Shown here: positions 37,050-49,255 of the stretch, piece by piece | Numbering within the stretch: position 1 is the stretch's first letter | Layout: the number at the start of each line of letters is the position of its first letter | Source of the DNA: Phoronis australis | Taxonomy: Eukaryota > Animalia > Phoronida | Length of the DNA: 64,000 bases | Reading direction: 5' to 3' | NCBI GenBank assembly: GCA_002633005.1 | Contig: NMRA01000570.1 | Span: forward strand, 1-64,000 | Position numbers and translations under genes: made by a program | The notes under the pieces: model-generated | Seen by the model: the letters and a program-made list of their open reading frames with translations, nothing else | What the model was told of the DNA's origin: nothing | The model's database searches: none

Positions 37050-37180
37050 TTATAGCCAAGAAAACTCATTAATCTCACAGATGGCGCTGGCACGATATGT
37101 ACATGGCTCGTCGTCCCACTTTCGATCCTCCTTGTGTCCAGGTTCGTACACCATGAAGGCACATTCATACGAATTTATGC
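37050..37180 (-). CDS. C-type lectin, last exon
   Basis: tttcag|gc ata aat, phase 1. Encodes GINSYECAFMVYEPGHKEDRKWDDEPCTYRASAICE INEFSWL*, the CTLD C...WxD.C.......CE motif. Confidence 0.85.
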
Positions 37181-37494
37181 CTGAAACATCAGAGACAATA
37201 AGTTGGTAAAAGAATACGGCCATTTCGTATTCAGTGAAATCATATTTACATTTTTTTCTATGCCCCTTGTCACAGATTGTACTATCTCCATTGTTACGTC
37301 AGAGCATATGATCATTCATTGCGGCGTTTTCCCGTTGCTCCTAACTTGTTCGATTTTAGAGCCCAACAACAAGTTGCGAACTTTACCCCTGTAGACAAGA
37401 CAGGACTGAATAACTCCATTCTGGCATTTATGGTTGGAGGGACAGCTCTCTTTTGTTCGATAATCGCTCTATTCTCCAATAAGATCGTATCTAC

Positions 37495-37509
37495 CCTGAC
37501 TGGGCTGTG
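37495..37509 (-). CDS. C-type lectin candidate 15-nt micro-exon (AQPSQ)
   Basis: ttttatttttaacag|cacagcccagtcagg|gtagat, phase 1 to 1. Supplies the xPx motif missing from the flanking exons. Confidence 0.5.
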
Positions 37510-39766
37510 CTGTTAAAAATAAAAGTTAAGTTATAACATATTTGAACATAAACCAATAATATTTCTGAAATCCTCGTCAAATGGTGATCATGTTTAGTTT
37601 TTGAATCGCCAAAATCGCCCAACTGCAACCGAAGTTACGACAAACTATTCTTTCCGAATACACCAATTCACTCTGAGTTTGACTGTGTTCACACGTGGTC
37701 TGTTATAAGCCCGGTAGATAATTGGCCTGCTTATTGTCATAACAGACAAAAGAGTGTGCTTGGCAGTTAGCAAAGAAGCAACATGTTACCACACGCTCAG
37801 AACCCCCTACGTCTGGTAAATTCACTGAACGAGAAAACGCTGTCATGTTCGCTCACACAACTCTTCTGTTCACCTCTGAAAGGGAGCTTCGCTATAGTAA
37901 TCACGAAGAGATGTGCCAAACATAAACAATTTTATTTACTAATCCCAACGCTTAGTTTATTGATGTTGACGCAAAATAAAACTATACCAAAAAGAAGCAA
38001 CATGCATGGTCATTTATGGAACAAACCATGGGAAAAGTACTTATGCAACCGCACAGATTTTGCGTCATATACAGTGTACACCTTGTCATACTCTCAACTG
38101 CCATGTGTATGAACCTCTTGTATGTGAAGTTTTACCGCAAAGTTTTCAGTTTTCTCCGTTTCTGAGACGAGTTTCTCTGTTTAGAATTTGCCATGACTCC
38201 CAAAAGAAAGCTCGCGACAAAATTTTCAACAAAAAGAATAGAAACTGGGACATGACATTACGAAATCATATCCATTACTGTTTAAAATTCTTAAAATGTC
38301 TACATCTGCATTGTTCGTACGTGTAATTAAACTGCACTTCTTATTCATTTAGGCCTACCGATTAAAGGTGACAAATCTAAAAATATGCCAGAAATGTACA
38401 AAAAGCCGATCGGTCAAAATGCAAAAATATTTTCTTGCCGTTATAGCATCGTTTTCAGCATTCAGTTTCATCTTAGAGATGTCCTATGGCTTAACTGGAG
38501 GAGCCCAGTTTTGAAAAGGTTAGCCAATCCTATGTTTTATGGAGCACCCTTAATGACCTGGATGATCTCCGTGCCACCAAAATGAAGTTCCATCACAGTA
38601 AGGAAGTCTGGAGACTGATAAGTGACCTACTTGATTTTGTGATTCGGACAACACTGGCCCTTATCACTTGGTATACATGCCAAAGATCATCCACACTTTA
38701 GCTATCCACAGTTAAATGCTGAAACGCTATCAGTTTAGCCAACAGGCGCGAAGGCCTATTTGTCAACTTGTGTTTCATCTTGATGTACTGTGACGTTTAC
38801 CGATGCGAAGTAGCAGAGGCAAATATCCGTCTTTTTTATTTCTCCTACTTCCCTAGACCAAATCCTAACAGTGTGCAGTAGAGGTCAAGGAAGACTACGT
38901 GATAGCCAATGGAAACTAACCATTCAATAACGTGACATCATAATAGCACCTATAGAGGGCGAAAGTGCCCTTTACTCTCCTTCATTCAAGGCGACAAAGT
39001 ATGACAATATTTATGAATTAGCCAACCTTGCGTAGCTCACTGAGCACTTTTGTCACCGTTTGAAGACAACCCCCAAATAGCTATGTGTTAACGATATTGG
39101 CATTTGGGTTTGCAGTAGGCTTAGCGGCAATTATATTACTACGTAGTCATCACGTGCTTGACCGACCCTGCCCTGGCCTTACTTACTTCTACATATAGCA
39201 CACGTACCTATAATATTGCCGACACTCCTCTGCCTGTGGCTACACCTGTACTCGGACGGGTACAGACTGCTTGTGTAAGGAGTAGACAAATAACTGTGAG
39301 CACTTATCAAGCTACCTCGATAGCCAGTAACTCTATTCTAGGAACCAGTAAGTACTGGTTCGTAGCTCTATCACACAGATCGTTGCCGGTTATTCGCAAA
39401 AACGAAAAGTGACCAGTGGAATATGCCAGTTGGGCAAGTTCATTCAATCGTCTTTTATTCAAGTGTTACCGTGTGCTGCGTGCTTTGCTTGACTGGGGGT
39501 AATATAATAAATACTTTCAATTTCAAGAACAAAGCAGAGGTTCTGTTTCTTGACAATCTTGAGATAGAAATATGGTCTTACCCTCCCAAGTGTTCATGAG
39601 TAGCAGCTAGGCCTACATTCTCAGATCCTTCACACTTTTAGTCAAATAAGATTTATTCATTTTTCTGAAATAGTGGTGTGGAGCGTTAGACCAAATTTTT
39701 AATAAGTCCTTTCATGAAACAGAACCCTGAAGTTAATAATTTGAATCAATCCACAAGTGAGCCTAC

Positions 39767-40415
39767 CTACAGACCACCAGTTGGTGAAAGTAAAAGACTC
39801 CTTAGATTTAACCCACGTCCACACGTTGTTAGCTCTTTTCCCTCCAATGTGATACCATGTTCCCCTTTTCGCGCCATGTTTGTCCATCAGGGCCGCCAAA
39901 GAATCGGACTTAGACTTCGATTTCAGTTCAACTAAATACCCACCGTCCGCACGGCATCGTGCATCGGCGTCAACCCGGGTGAAACTACCATGGATTAACT
40001 TGTAGCACCCAAAGTAATTACGAAAGAACCCGCGAGGACATTGAATCTTCTTTATAAAATCCTGGACTTCCTGGTGGTAAGACGTAAGAGCGAACTCCAA
40101 GTTCTTCACCAGATGTGTGATATTGCTGTCCATGTCGCCTATCTTGCTACCCAGTTCTGTCGTAATTCTGGTGATGTCACCAATAGCGTTCTGCAAATCT
40201 TTGCTCTGTTTCGTGGTCTTTCTGTCCCATTCATTCATCCTGTTACTCAATTCCTTAAATTTGTCGTTCATTTGTCTTTCAATTTTTTGGAGTAACATTT
40301 CTTGTCCTTGGAACATTCTCAATAAGGGATCGTCAAGAATTTGTTTCTTGCGTAAGTCCGTTGATTTACACGGAACGCTTAACGCAGCAACAAATACCAG
40401 CATCAGACGTAGCAT
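39767..40415 (-). CDS. Secreted coiled-coil C-type lectin (perlucin-like), first exon
   Basis: Signal MLRLMLVFVAALSV, heptad-rich helix, then CPRGF...CYKL...ARC...GGYLV...YHIGG...WTW...FTNWWS. Donor after 39771 or 39767. Confidence 0.88.
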
Positions 40416-41479
40416 GTTTGCAGCATTAAAAGGCTTCTTGTAACTTTATAGACAGTTGAGAATACAGTAAACTTGTTTTACGATTAATATTTTGCAATAC
40501 ACAGACAGAGCGCTATGTCTAAAAATATTGCTTTGGCATGCAGGTTCTTATTGCAAATTTACGCACGCATCAGTTTGTTGTACTTATCTGGTACATATTT
40601 TAAACACTGAGGAGTAGCAAGGGGACAGTGTCCTATCAGCAGATAATTTGCACGAACTCCTAATTACGTGGATACCTAGATTCCGCGTTGGATACAGCAG
40701 GCCGGACATTGACCTCATCAGGACACCGAACTCATGTACAAGGTCATGTCTAATTATTGAGCCTTTTCTCAAATTGACTACTGACAAGCCGCCACTTATT
40801 TCCAAGCCCATATTGCGTCTCATGTGAGTAAGATAGGAAGCAGCCCTTCATTGACCAGTGACGGATCTACGGGGGCGTGTTCAGGGGGTTTACAACCCCG
40901 TTATGACAGGAACAAAATAAAAATTAAATAAAACGTCACCAAGAAAACAAAAACGGCACCGCTAGCGTATGTAAATTCCAAGTATACCACCTCGAAAAAA
41001 TTTAGAGGGATTCAACCTGAAAATATAATTTCTTTGCATTGTGATTTGCTGTAATCACGAAAGGCAACGCATTTCGAGTTTTCGTGGCTTACCGGCAAGT
41101 CGCGCGGAGTTCAACTGTGCGCGCGCTTCCGTCGATACTTCTGAAGCAGCCAAGCACTTTAGATGGATCCACCGCGGAAAAGCAGATTTATAGCCGATTT
41201 TTTTTAGTTAACTAGCGTTTTTACTCTAAAATATGTTTTGATTTGATTAGGGAAAACACTATGGTACCGCAACCCTGATATTCAGGCAAATCGATGTGCA
41301 ACGTTTTACCTCATCTGTCATGCCTTGTCATGCTATTACACTCCAAACGTTTGTAATTTGAATTTGGCTGGTGTATAATAAAGTTGTCTTGCGCAATAAT
41401 CATACAGTGTACATGTAATGTGTTTATTTTAAGAAACGATCAACTCGTTTTCCGAAGAATTGCTGTCGTGGCGGGCGCT

Positions 41480-43020
41480 GTGGTCTGATCGCAAGTTCGT
41501 TTCAAGATACACCCTAGCAAGTTAGGCCTATACAAGGAATGAACCCGTGGGGGTGGCACTCACATTGACAAGGTGACCGCATTCTCGAACAGTGTACAGT
41601 ACCAGAAACTGCGGCTAGACTGTACTTTCTCAGCAAAGTCTTGCGGCATTGGCGCCTCCTAAGGAGCCCTGCCTCCGACCTCAGCACTGACCGTCTTCTT
41701 TCCCGGGAATTTCCGATGAAAGGCCCACCTATTGAAACGCCCATGCCCATGGACGTTTATTTGGTGTAACAACTTCGGGTTTCAAGTGCACAAATTGGGA
41801 CGTTTATTGCAAAAATTGCAAGAGATGCATATTGCTCCTGAGATACATCGTCTTTGACAAAAGCGCAAGGTTTGAATCAGTCCACGATGAACGGGTCAAA
41901 TATTATGTTCTCTTGAATGGACTTGATAACCTCGAGGGGTTTAGTGCCAAGCTGCCAATCGAGATGCTGACATTGTAGAGTTGCACAAGCTCATTGACAC
42001 AGCAGTTGACGAAGTGCAAGCATTGGAAACAAACATTGAAGATGTCTGGATTGAATGGTTTCAAAACGCGCAAACCATTGGATCCAATATACAGATTCCC
42101 CGATAGTTCAGACAACAGAAGAATAGAGCTAACGTTCCTGCAGATACACCCAGGTAATAAATTGTAATACAACACAGTTTGTGCATAATTTTGGTTTTCT
42201 GACATACATTTTCGTTTGATGCTTGTGTACAATGGAAACGAAATAGAAACTATTTTCGGACATGCCAAACTTACTCAGTGAAGCACAGGGTCTACGAGCG
42301 CACAGGCATTGATTCTAGTTTGTATTTATACTTGGCTCTTTATCTGCTTCATAGCAAAAATCTAATTCACGTGGTTCGTAGTTAAATTTGTAGTCAATTC
42401 TAGTTTCTTCCAGTAAGTACTACAGAAGAACAGTAGGAATACCCTTCCTAGACAACCTGTCACATAAGCTGACCATCAGGTTTTCGAAAGACGACAGGCA
42501 GGTGGAAGCTTTCATTAGTGGTTAGCAAGATGATGGATGTAGGCTTAGGCGCACTGGAGGATCGGCCTGGGACATAGACTTGCCATCACCAGATTCCCTG
42601 AAGGTGACTGATACCCTTCTAACTATCGCCATTTTAAGTAACACGTTGTGTCTTCTGTTAAATTACCGATTGCCCTATGTAATAGTAGAAACATAAATAG
42701 TATCGACAGCTTTTGCTCTCGTTTCAGCAATAACTTCGACGCTGGCGGTCCTGGAATGCTCAAAATCGAGATTAATTGGCAGATAACTCGCGTTCTACAC
42801 TCAAGCACGCAGACGGCGAAATCTTCCAAAATGTTAGGGAGCTATCCCCTATTGGCTCCTGTGAGACAGAGATCTGTGTTCAGGCGTGTGAGGGCTACTA
42901 CTGAGGAAAGTGTTGCTGGGTTATCACTGATAGCCATGCATTACGAAACAACGAAAAGACTAGACAAGTCACTGATCATCAACTAAAGCGCTTCCGCCAA
43001 ACCAACCCAAGGCGAGTGTT
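41480..43020 (+). mobile_element. Degenerate hAT transposase fossil (ZMYM1/THAP12-like)
   Basis: Fragment TEESVAGLSLIAMHYE...IIN / FRQTNPRR resembles the hAT dimerisation-domain C-terminus (EERLxGLALxxIH...FxxxNPRR); many stops. A CAGTGACGGATC terminus lies at 40857. Boundaries approximate. Confidence 0.55.
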
Positions 43021-43350
43021 CTGACCGTCTTTCTTGTATGAGTGGAAGTGCGCCAAGTTTTGTCAATGAGTAACGACAAGATGTATAAAATAGATGTATG
43101 AGCAACCACTGGGGATTAAAGAGTGTCCAGAGAGCAGTTTTCTCGCGACGGACCAGGCCAGTTTGTTTGTGTAGCTATTGACTCTCTCGGCGAAATTATC
43201 TTGTAATATTTTTACCACAGTGTGCTTTGTAAAGCTATCTACTGAGCTGTCAGTACTTATTGATCTCTCGACAGTTCTAATATTTTTAGAGATATTTAGC
43301 ATAGCGAACTTTTTGTCTCTCGACGAACCAGGACAGATTATTTGTGTAGA

Positions 43351-44319
43351 CAGTGGCGGATCTAGGATATCACAGGGGGGGCAACATTTTGTCCGGCTGT
43401 AAGCATTTGCGCAAACTGAACCACGATTGTAGATGCGCATAGCAACGAATGGGGGGGAGGTCAGGAAATTTTTCTGTTTTTACCTCTAAAAATCAAGCAT
43501 TTTCCTTGATTCCTGAAGTATTATCCAAGAAAAAAGGCAAAGAAAAAAACACGGAGAAACTGCAAATACCAAAGACTCGAACTCACGGTGCGCGCGTGCG
43601 TTACCACTACACCACCACGATTTAACAACTAATCTCATACCAAGAGACCTACTTGTTTATGGTCCACAGCGTTTGCGCGCGAAACCTACTTCTTTTTGTA
43701 ATGCTTATTACACGTTTTGTGCCATCGATTCTTAACAAATTTGTCGTATTTAAAATATTCTTCAAATGCCCAAAAGACCAAATCCGTTTTTCGTGTTGGC
43801 AATAATGACGGGATTGCTTTGGAAATCGTCTTAAGATTGACAAAGAGAGTATTGCGAGTTTCTGAGTGATTCACTAAGGCTTCGATTAAAATTCACATCT
43901 TACCAGCAGCTTCTGTTTTTTCATCGTCACTCAGGTTCCATTTTCTCTAAAAAAATGAAGTAAAATTTCTTCATTGCACAGTGGAGCAGACGACGGAAAC
44001 TGAGTCGTAGTGCGCAGCGCCACTGCTGGTCGCCTGGGATATCGCGGGAGAGCCTNNNNNNNNNNNNNNNNNNNNNNNNNNNNNNNNNNNNNNNNNNNNN
44101 NNNNNNNNNNNNNNNNNNNNNNNNNNNNNNNNNNNNTTGAAATTGGATCTGAGCCCCCCCCCCCAAACACTAAAACTGCACATTTAATCTGTTTTCATCC
44201 GTATAATTTTAATTACCGGGGTTAATTAATAAATTCAACATTTCCCTACGCTTTTACTGTTTTATTTTTTGCGGCAGCCAAGGGGGGGCCGGGTCCCCTC
44301 CCCCCTAAATCCGCTTATG
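43351..44319. mobile_element. Non-autonomous hAT5-like element with 5-bp TSD (contains an N gap)
   Basis: cagtggcggatctagg ... cctaaatccgcttatg; gtaga on both flanks. Confidence 0.65.
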
Positions 44320-45456
44320 GTAGATATTAACTCTCAGTGTACTTTTGGTCCCTCGACGAACTAGTATTGTAAAATCTTTTTACTACAGTGTGCTTTACCT
44401 CAGTCGGTACTGTTTTATCCCGCGACTGATCGACTATTTTTATAGGGAAAATAAGCACATTAGGCCCGTAGGAAGGAAAAAATTATTGGGGGCACAAACC
44501 AATTTGACTTNNNNNNNNNNNNNNNCCCCCCCCCCCCCCCCGTTCTCTGGATGACACCATATTTGAACCGAGCCCCACCCCCACGTCCGCCATAGGTGGG
44601 GGTAATACCGGGGACACAGCCATCAGGATTTGAGTAAACGTGAACCAACATGGATTCAAGTGGAGTAAGAATGTGTATAGGCCCCGAGCACACTGACCGT
44701 TAGCTGGGAGCTGCCTGTAGTAACTATGGCTGGGTCGAAGGTCAAGGTTCCTTTTATTATTAACTTGTCCTAAAATAACGCTGAAATTTTTGTACAATCT
44801 ATTTATTGTTGCGAGTATATGTTACACTCGTTCGACACGTACACGGTCACCCCAATGGTAGCCTCGACAGCATGTGGGAATTCCTTACAAACAACTCATA
44901 GTAACCATCTTCAAAAGAGACACTATTCGTGTGATAATATGAAACAGTAACATTATTTAATAACCAACCATCGGAAATAGTCCTTTTGTGTCATTAACAA
45001 ACAGCGGTCTTCACGTTCTTTAAATTCCCGACTCCCTTTCGATGGAAGTCAATCCTATTGTATTTTTTCACATTTTTGGTTGTTTGGGTCGAATGTCTTG
45101 ATACTGCAGTGCTGTGCATGAATTTTTTGTGTTTTTGATCGTCAGATCTCAACTGTGGGTTTGTTTGAAAGGTAGGTAGGCTTTGAGATTGTGCGTAGAT
45201 GGAGAGTGAATAAACAAATCCAGTAATAATTTATTATATGATAACCCCTAATTAGACAAATGAAACCTGTTGTTAAGTAATCAACTACAAGGAAGAGTAA
45301 TTACGCTTGCACCCTCTTTAAGAATTACTTCAATCAATCAACCAAAATAATCAAATGTCTTATCTGCTATCCAAGCTAGGACTCTCCACTTGTTGGATGA
45401 CTGTCCTGTTGGTGAATCTTCGAACCACACACACTACATTGGGGCAGTGTACTTGC

Positions 45457-45577
45457 TGGTCACCGTCTCTGGTGATGCAACACTTTCAGGCAGTTTCTTC
45501 TATCCACGATTCTTCTTGATGGTCACAGTCTCTGGTGACGCAAGACTTCAGGTAGTATCTTACTACCCACGATGCAA
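45457..45577. repeat. About 62-bp direct repeat, 2 copies
   Basis: ggtcac(c/a)gtctctggtga(t/c)gcaa...ttcagg...ccacgat twice. Confidence 0.7.
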
Positions 45578-47580
45578 GTGACAAGTTCTTAGTTAACTTC
45601 CTGTTCGTTAACCCTTGCCCTTGCCAAGATCCTTTCTAGAATGATCCACGAGATGGCTCTGCTGTACAATTTACTCTTTGCACTGTAGCAAGTCTTTATG
45701 CTTCAGCGCATCTGAATTTCATTTTGACTTAAGTCCATATTATAATATTCTACTTATTTAGTGATTGGTTAATAAAAAACCACATGATCATATCCAATCA
45801 TATCATTGGCTGTTACAGTTTGTTCTTAGAATTTTCTAGAATCTCTAGAATACTTTGACCCCAGAACCCAAAGTTGTAAACACCATCTAAAAATAGATTT
45901 TGACGTTAAAGTACATGTCAACAAGTCTGACCCCATGATTTAAAAGTACATATGCACAAATTTTGGGCAACTTAAAACGAATCTATTCTTACTAATTACT
46001 TAATCGATATTTATTCTAACATTGATAAATTTCGAATCCCAACTTCCCTCGTGAACACTTGGCAGTGTCGGATTTACATATATAGAGAGACAAAGGAACA
46101 TTTCCCCGAAGTGCTCCACCAAGAGAGGGTCCCGTCTGAAATGGAACACTGTAATTATGAACAGCTAAACATCATTAAGCTTGAAAAACAGTGACCGTTC
46201 ATTCCACCGTCGTGTGGTCAGATGACGGTGCAGGAAGTGACCTTCTTCAACATGAAAGTTGATTGCACGATTTCACAAAAAAACGGGAAATAGACGTAAC
46301 CGAGTCCAACATTAGGTTCTTTGTCCATGAGCGCACCCTTAAAAATTTGTCAATAGAAACATAAAAACTGTGGCCACTTGATTGTCATCAGTGTTCTCCT
46401 TCAGACGCGGGGCCCTTCTATATGAAAATATCTTTATTTTTAAAGATCAAAAAATATGCAGCAATTGATGATATCTGTCATGTCATCAATTTTTTGTCAA
46501 GTGATATGGGCCTACAATTCGAGAAAAACAGTTGTCTCCATCATCCCTTGCCAGAGAAGGGCCTCTGCAAAAATATGGTTTTGCAGTCGCAAAATTGACT
46601 TGCAGAATTNNNNNNNNNNNNNNNNNNNNNNNNNNNNNNNNNNNNNNNNNNNNNNNNNNNNNNNNNNNNNNNNNNNNNNNNNNNNNNNNNNNNNNNNNNN
46701 NNNNNNNNNNNNAAATTTTTTGGGGGGCCCGTGCCCCCCCGCTCCCCCCCGCTTCCTTCTGCCCTGCATGTGTACTTTTGGTCTCATGGCGAACCAGGCC
46801 AGGTTTTTTGTGTAGATAATGACTCCCAGTGTACATCTGGTCCCTAGGCGAATTGGTCTTCAAAATCTCTTCACCACGCTTTACAGTATGTTTTGGTTCC
46901 GTGAAAATGTTTTCAGGGGATTTGTTTCCTGACGCATTTGACGTTTTTCAATTGTTGCTACATATAGTATCCCATCAGTCAACGTTATTCAGCTTAATAA
47001 AAATGATACTTAAGTGTTAGTTGTCGCTTATAATAACAGACTATGAGCTGAGTTCACCAGTTTTTTTAGTAACGAAGAAGAACATATGTGTATTTCCTGA
47101 CGTAACAGTGCAGGTCACCGTTCTTAAACAGCTTGAGGCTGCTGTTACGCGATCATCTGATATTCAAGTGTTGGGTTTTTATGTGGCCGTAGGTGCTCCT
47201 TATGCTCGTGGATATTTGGTAGTTGTTAAAACCCCTGTATGCACACGACACTGTTTCTTATACGACTTTTCGCATGCTGAAACTCGGTGTATGTACAAAG
47301 ATGTTCCAACTGAAATTTTGCTAGTGGCGTGGCTCATACCGCCCAGATGTGCACAAAATTTATATGGTTTTACGGAACTGATGAGCCGAGTTCATGTGAC
47401 AAAATCGAGAAGGGTTTTAAAACGTCTTAAGAAAAACTCCACCAGAGACACGTTAACTGCCACAAATTCGCCAGGATGCACTATTTTGCTACAAAACAAG
47501 GAATCCCCTCCGTGACCTCCCCCGCTCGGCGATACGCGACTCGGGTTCGCGAATCCTACNCGCCACTGTTGACACGATCT

Positions 47581-48128
47581 TTGTTGAAGGCACGACTGCA
47601 TGCACTTTATGTCAGACAAACACATCTTGATACATACTCGTTCGTAATCTCTATACAATCACTTCCGGCGTACAGTCGTGAAGCAAACCGCCAACATCAT
47701 GGACAGAAAATAAACAGGAGATAAACGATAGACAGTTAATACCACTATTGAAGTCTCTATTTATCAGTCATGAAAGAAACTGTGCTGAATGAGCTACTCG
47801 CATTTGTTTACCGCCCGTTGGCTCTGTTGCGTTAGGCTCGTTGGCTTCCTAACGTGATCTGCTGCAGTAACACTCTCTGCTTGTATGCCCATCTACCTGC
47901 TGCCATGTGACTACTTCGCTAATACTACCTTCATTTTACCTATTGTCCTTGGATGAGGCATGTGGTCTAGAAATATTAGCAAATGGATTTTTTGTCCGTT
48001 AAAAATGTGTGAATTGGCGATTTGCTTCACAACTGCACTCCGGAAGATATTCGATTGTATACATGTAGAGAGTACGAGCGAGTATGTATCAAGGTGTCTA
48101 ACAAAAGGTACAGTCGTGCCTTCACCCA
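47581..48128. mobile_element. Foldback/MITE with about 140-bp imperfect inverted arms
   Basis: tgaaggcacgactg...cttgatacatactcg...gtgaagcaaa...ggaca(g/a)aaaat on + at 47581-47720 and on - at about 47980-48128. Confidence 0.65.
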
Positions 48129-49035
48129 AAATTAATATTAGACAAGTTGAGACCAGGATAGAGTTCAATAACGCTAGGATCTTGCTAGAAAAGCAAGACC
48201 TCGCGAGATTGCGCGAGATATTACCGTGCATTTTCAATGAGAGCACGTGATTTTGGCTAGATTTTCTTGCCGCGAGACAGCTATTGAGCGTAATCTACCC
48301 TATCTTATAACGGAAGTGGTTTTGAATGAAAATTTGAATTTTGCGTCGCACAATGTAGACTTACTGCCTAGTGCATATTTACACATCCTGCGTTTTTTCA
48401 ATAGAAAGCTTAGTATAAAATGACTCGGCCGTGGCAACTTCTTCAGCTCCGTTTTGAGCAACTGCGATTTGCCATCTGTTCCCAAACCAAGAAATTACTT
48501 CAATCTGAGAAAGGTAAACAAACAGATGCCAAGTTTGTAGCCATTATTTAAAAGTTAGGGTTTATGACGAAAAATAGCTGAAAGCAGATGCACTGTAAGT
48601 TTGTCTCACAAATTTATTAACTCAGCAGACATGTCGAACTAGGAAAAAATGTTTAATTGTCACCTTCCTAATTATCACTCAAGTTTAATGAGATCGACGG
48701 TTTGGAACATACTCATTCTACACAAAGTTCATCAATTTGCGTGTGGCGTTATCGTGTACGTTACTGCATATAGTATAATATAATAGTATACAGACAGTTT
48801 GTTTGATCCACAGTCAGTGTTAACTTTCGTTGAGCCTAGAAATACATGATCACAATTCATGAACAAGTGAATTCGTTCATGTTCATGTATAAGAAACACC
48901 TAGAAAGAACAAAAAGTAAGATGTAACGGTTTCGAAATCTCAGCGTAGCGAAAGAAAATCGGTTGCTTCCTCTGGTGGACAGTAATTAAGTTAATTAAGT
49001 TCCGGGATGTTAGTGCCAGAAATCGCCACATCCTA

Positions 49036-49255
49036 CTATTACCTGTATTTTTCATGAAATTATCATCTATTACCAAGTCTTTTTATGAAATTATCATCTA
49101 TTACCAAGTCTTTTTATGAAATTATCATCTATTACCTAGTCTTCTTCATGAAATTATCATCTATTACCTAGTCTTTTTATGAAATTATCATCTATTACCT
49201 AGCCTTCTTCATGAAATTATCACCTATTACCCAGTCTTCTTCATGAAATTATCAT
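49036..49255. repeat. 31-32-bp minisatellite, about 7 copies
   Basis: atgaaattatcatctattacc(a/t)agtcttt at 49054, 49085, 49116, 49148, 49179, 49211 and 49243. Confidence 0.95.

Noticed and set aside
43570-43616. tRNA-like A/B boxes on the minus strand; also a B box at about 52757-52780
   Set aside because: No complete cloverleaf; probably SINE fragments that I cannot delimit.
43927-46863. ORFs containing runs of X
   Set aside because: Artefacts of reading through N gaps next to G/C homopolymers.
49036-49255. 31-32-bp repeats of CRISPR-like length
   Set aside because: Units are head to tail with no unique spacers, no cas genes, and the context is eukaryotic.
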